This document shows, in pieces, positions 60,824 to 64,000 of a DNA stretch of 64,000 bases. Origin of the DNA: Nemertoderma westbladi. Its lineage: Eukaryota; Animalia; Xenacoelomorpha. Within the stretch, counting starts at the first letter, position 1, and each line of letters begins with the position of its first letter. A program made the translations under genes and the position numbers. The stretch covers positions 10,952 through 74,951 of the forward strand of contig JAUCBJ010000225.1 of the NCBI GenBank assembly GCA_032718475.1, written 5' to 3'. The notes under the pieces are model-generated. The model was not told where the DNA came from, searched no databases, and saw only the letters and a list, made by a program, of their open reading frames with translations.

Positions 60824-61205
60824 TTGGCTCGGTTCGGCTCGATTGGTCTCGACCATGGCCTACTTAAATATAATATTTAAGTAGGCCATGGCTCGACTCG
60901 ATTGGGATCGACTCGGCTCGGTCCGACTCGATTCGGTTAAATAGGCTCGATTCGGCTTGAATCGGCTCGGTCTGGCTCAATTGGGCTCGACTCGGCTGAA
61001 TCTGCTCGACTTGGCTTGACTCGGCTCGATTGGGCGCGACTCTGATCGATTGGGCTCAACTCGGCTCGGTCCGGTTCAATTGGGCTCGACAAGGCTTGAT
61101 TGGACTCGACTCGACTCATTGGGCTATTCGGCTCGGTCTGGCTCGATTGGGCTCATCCGGCTTGATTGGGCTCGACTCGGCTTGATAAGTTCTATTCGGC
61201 TCGAT
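60824..61205 (+). repeat. Degenerate pentamer repeat (GGCTC/GACTC/GATTG) containing a 39-bp perfect palindrome
   Basis: Direct reading; palindrome at 60853-60891. Confidence 0.8.
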
Positions 61206-61221
61206 CAATATGATTCAGTAT

Positions 61222-61960
61222 GTCGTTTCCAGGATCTAAGTTCGTGCTTAGGATCTAAGTTCGTTTCCAGGATCTAAGTTCGCATCTACGATTTAAGTTC
61301 GTGTATAGGATCTATGTTCACATCTACAGTAGTATCCGAGATCGTGTTGCTTCCAAGATCTAAGTTCGCTTCCAGAATCTAAGATCATATCTAGGATATA
61401 AGTTTGCTTCCAGGATCTAAGTTCATATCTAGGATCTAAGTTCGCTTTCAGGATCTAAGTTCATATCTAGGATCTAAGTTCCCTTCCAGGATCTAAGTTC
61501 ACATCTAAGATCTGTTAGCTTTCAGAATCTAATCTAGTTTTAAGTTCGCTTCCAGGATCTATGTTCACATCTAGGATCTATGTTCACGTTGCTTTCGGAT
61601 CTAAGTTCGTATCTAGGATCTAAGTTCGCTTCCAGGATCTAAGTTCGCTTCCAGGATCTAAGTTCGCTTCCAAGATCTAAGTTAATATCTAGGATCTAAG
61701 TTCGCTTTCAGGATCTAAGGTCATATCTAGGATCTAAGTTCGCTTCCAGGATCTAAGTTCACATCTAAGATCTGTTAGCTTTCAGGATCTAATCTAGTTT
61801 TAAGTTCGCTTCCAGGATCTATGTTCACATCTAGGATCTATGTTCACGTTGCTTTCGGATCTAAGTTCGTATCTAGGATGCTCGCTTCCAGGATCTAAGT
61901 TTGGATCTAGGATCTAATTTCACACACTTCCAGGGTCTAAGTTCGTGTCTAGGATCTAAA
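61222..61960 (+). repeat. 19-bp minisatellite (AGGATCTAAGTTCGCTTCC / AGGATCTAAGTTCATATCT) with a duplicated higher-order block
   Basis: Alternating variants; block ~61400-61620 recurs at ~61660-61880. Confidence 0.9.
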
Positions 61961-64000
61961 TTAATGTGTAGTTCGGGATAACTCTGTATTGCATAGGTCG
62001 GTATAGTACTGTATTTCATTGTTATAGCTTACTATAGGTCGGTGTTGTTAGTATTGGTGAACAATATTTAGACTTGAAAAATATCGCGAGTAAAAATATC
62101 GAGAGTAAAAATATCGCAAGATGAAAAATATCGAAAATATCGCGAGTAAAATACATTTTTATGGTAGCTAGTGTACGATTATAAAATTTTTTATTTTTTA
62201 AATAAGGGGGATTGATAATTCCAATTGATGTATTATTATAGTAGACAGATATATGTTCATGAGACAGGGAGGGGGTGGGGGGGGGGGGGGGGGAAATTTT
62301 CATGAATACCAGCTGCTATTTTATCATGGCGTCTATGGGACATTTAGTATATGTATATATTTCTCGATACCAGGGGCTTAAGGTGAGCTGAGACTGACAG
62401 ACAGAAACAAGGTTTCAATAGTGCATCTCTTATCTAAGCTTGATAACTTCGTGGTTCGCCCCACTCCAATACTGTCCTTGCTTGGATCCACAGAATTAAT
62501 GTACAAATCATCTCCAATTGCATTAATTGCAATATAATTCAATTAACCGCAATTTATCGCCGGATTTATTAAAGTAGAGGTCCAGTAATCCAGTAAAATA
62601 ATATCATAATAATATACACAAATAATTATTACACGCACAAACCAATATTATTATTATTATCATATAAAAATAAATATATAGAAAATAAATACACACAATT
62701 AATTATGCACAATATACAGGGATAAATAGCCGTACTCATGTTTTGAAAGCTGAGTGGCTTTGTTCACTGTGAGAGACCGAAGGTGGCCCAATCGACCAAT
62801 AGGAGCCAATTCAATAGGCCTCACCTCCCCACCACCTATCGAACTGGGTCCGCATCGAGCGATGATGCGAAAGTATCCTAAAGGGTCAATTTAGGCCAGA
62901 GCTTTAGGGTTAACATCAACAACCCATGTGAACCCAGCAGGGGTTCACGGGTCAACACTCTCTTCGATCACAATCGGGGCAAAGCATTAACAACTCGAAC
63001 CAAAGGCGTGGTTCGAAATTAAGCTTAGGCCAACCAATAACAATACAAGTCATGCAACGGAAAATTTTGACCACTATATTATGTGGTGTTAAATCTCTTA
63101 AAAAAAATATTTATAAAAAGGGTTCCGCTGCAAAACCTGCATGCTACAGATTAGAGTAACCAACCTCTCCGCCACAGTGAAATCAGGGCACACAGTACTA
63201 CACAAGGGTCGCCAATGGCCGGTGAGGTAAAGGCTTTTCCCAACAGAGCTGTTATAATTTCATTACCCTTGGATATTCCCGTGTACGCCAAACACACATT
63301 GAAACGATAATAAATTATATCAAATATAATCAGAATCGTTTCAAACTCACTTAACATGAATGAAGGTATCCACATGTAAATGAAAGATTACTATCTGAAA
63401 TGGTAATATTTCTGGAAAACAATTGGTTGGTGGTTGGATGCCTTACACTTGATCAACATTATATCTTAGACCCCTCTTGTATTTCTGCTGACAATCTTTG
63501 TAAAATATAACTAATTTTTGTTAAACTAAATTGAAAATCCACATAAAATTATAAATTTCAATATTATTTACATTTAATTTTAGAAAATTAATCATAACCT
63601 TCAAAAGTTCTGGTTATTTTATTGCCTGCAGTTGCCGGTACCGGTCTCTGTAAATACTACAATTTAAATTATAATTAGTTTTTCTTAAACGGTGACTGGT
63701 AAAACATGTTGTTGTCCGGTAACAAAATAAACAGACATACTTTATCAAATGCCGCGATGTAAAACTTTGTTGTTTTTATTCACAAGAAGCTGTAAAAGAA
63801 TTACCCCCCCCCCCCCCCCCCCCCGCCCATTACCGTCAAATAAATATTCTGTAATTCAGCTTTAAATAAGCCGTAACTCAACTCAGCTTTAAATGTAATT
63901 AATGTTACTGTCGTGTATAACAATTGTTGTATAAATTTCGGAAAGAAATACGGTATCTTCAATTAGGCAAAGCCAATAATAAGTTAAGTTCAAGTGTAGA

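Noticed and set aside
62000-64000. Possible SINE or exon fragments in the last 2 kb
   Set aside because: Only isolated motifs (GGTTCGAAAT, short AAAAATATCG repeats); no boundaries, TSDs or spliceable frame that I can support.

Overview
AT-rich animal (invertebrate-like) genomic DNA, almost entirely transposon-derived. It is dominated by one BEL/Pao LTR-retrotransposon family seen in five states. E1 (<1-30701, +) is near full length: gag-pro-RT-RH-IN followed by two extra ORFs, a reconstructed ~1065-aa protein with a DnaQ/DEDDy-like 3'-5' exonuclease domain and a 362-aa triple zinc-knuckle protein. E2 (16047-28165, +, TSD AACTT) is a non-autonomous derivative nested inside E1's exonuclease ORF. 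E3 (50308-58793, -, TSD GAAGT) is a rearranged sister of E2, nested in an old solo LTR (49680-59600, TSD GTATC). A further old LTR fragment lies at 39568-40144. The family has no TGG-type tRNA primer site; the 11 nt after the 5' LTR are exactly complementary to an 11-mer inside the LTR, as in Tf1-type self-priming. Also present are a 5'-truncated CR1/L2-group LINE, a near full-length RTE-X-like LINE, an RTE fragment, a tRNA-derived SINE, MITE-like elements and several minisatellites. The last four exons of a host UNC13D/BAIAP3-like gene (C2B domain) lie at 41021-42626, and one of its splice acceptors is amplified about 25-fold into a 35-bp minisatellite. All family and domain calls are by-eye motif recognition; no searches were run.
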